Shown here piece after piece: positions 61,861 to 62,028 of a stretch of DNA of 62,028 bases. Position 1 is the first letter of the stretch. Each line of letters starts with the position of its first letter. Source of the DNA: an uncultured Gammaproteobacteria bacterium (GTDB lineage Bacteria; Patescibacteriota; Patescibacteriia; Patescibacteriales; UBA12465). A program made the translations under genes and the position numbers. The DNA lies in assembly GCA_964540285.1 (NCBI GenBank), contig CAZILW010000002.1, positions 1 to 62,028 of the forward strand, written 5' to 3'. Under the pieces are notes generated by a model that was not told the origin of the DNA, made no database searches, and saw nothing but the letters and a program-made list of their open reading frames with translations.

Positions 61861-62028
61861 ATGATTATTGGTGGTTTAGAGAAGCTTAGTTTAATTGACT
61901 TTCCTGGTCATTTGGCCGCAATTGTTTTTACCAAGTCTTGTAATTTTCGTTGTCATTTCTGTTATAACCCCATGCTCGTTTTCGCCGAAGGCGAGAGCGA
62001 ATTAAAAAATATAGATGAAGGTCCTTCT
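61861..62028 (+). CDS. nrdG: anaerobic ribonucleotide reductase activating protein (radical SAM), 5' partial at window end
   Basis: MIIGGLEKLSLIDFPGHLAAIVFTKSCNFRCHFCYNP, with the CxxxCxxC cluster. The ORF runs off the window and is not in the supplied track. Confidence 0.85.
   Translation, partial: MIIGGLEKLSLIDFPGHLAAIVFTKSCNFRCHFCYNPMLVFAEGESELKNIDEGPS

Noticed and set aside
1-62028. Alternative genetic code (UGA recoded as in Gracilibacteria/Absconditabacteria or Mycoplasma)
   Set aside because: Long conserved genes are intact under the standard code, and several well-defined genes (for example comM and rsmE) terminate at TGA at the expected protein length.

Overview
This is an AT-rich (roughly one-third G+C by eye), tightly packed 62-kb chromosomal segment. 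It uses the standard genetic code: TGA serves as a stop and no long ORF needs in-frame TGA. Gene content and style fit a reduced-genome Patescibacteria/CPR-type bacterium, which is an inference from content, not a database hit. I can support about 65 CDS and four tRNAs (Leu-UAG, Ser-CGA, Pro-GGG, Ala-UGC), none of which encodes CCA. I also call many hairpin plus U-run terminators and several near-consensus sigma-70 promoters. I recognise no rRNA, CRISPR array, transposase, integrase or phage genes. Recognisable housekeeping genes are truB, glgP-like alpha-glucan phosphorylase, a P-type cation ATPase, smc, comM/yifB, ppsA, lgt, efp, rpsF-ssb-rpsR, glmS, rsmE, der, gpmA, yebC and nrdR-nrdD-nrdG. 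Envelope and glycosylation genes include GT2, an O-antigen-ligase-like protein, an LCP protein and a LysM-M23 peptidase. The observations most worth follow-up are listed here. (1) A tandem array of seven TrbC/VirB2-type pilin-like paralogs (20572-23930), with an eighth copy at 15352, and no other T4SS genes in the window. (2) A tandemly duplicated terminator/antiterminator RNA element with compensatory base changes and conserved in-frame mini-ORFs (30206-30552), upstream of an unrecognisable 445-aa gene. (3) An nrdD whose glycyl-radical domain is separated from the catalytic body by a single in-frame TAA and a non-canonical linker (61490-61849). (4) A 218-nt element closed by a ~30-bp long-range helix (47878-48095), upstream of a chimeric type IV pilin fused to Listeria-Bacteroides-repeat and DUF1566-like domains. 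(5) A promoter, ~110-nt transcript and terminator unit just upstream of rpsF. (6) An ECF-sigma module with Cys-rich extracytoplasmic partners. All functional calls come from motif recognition by eye; no searches were run.
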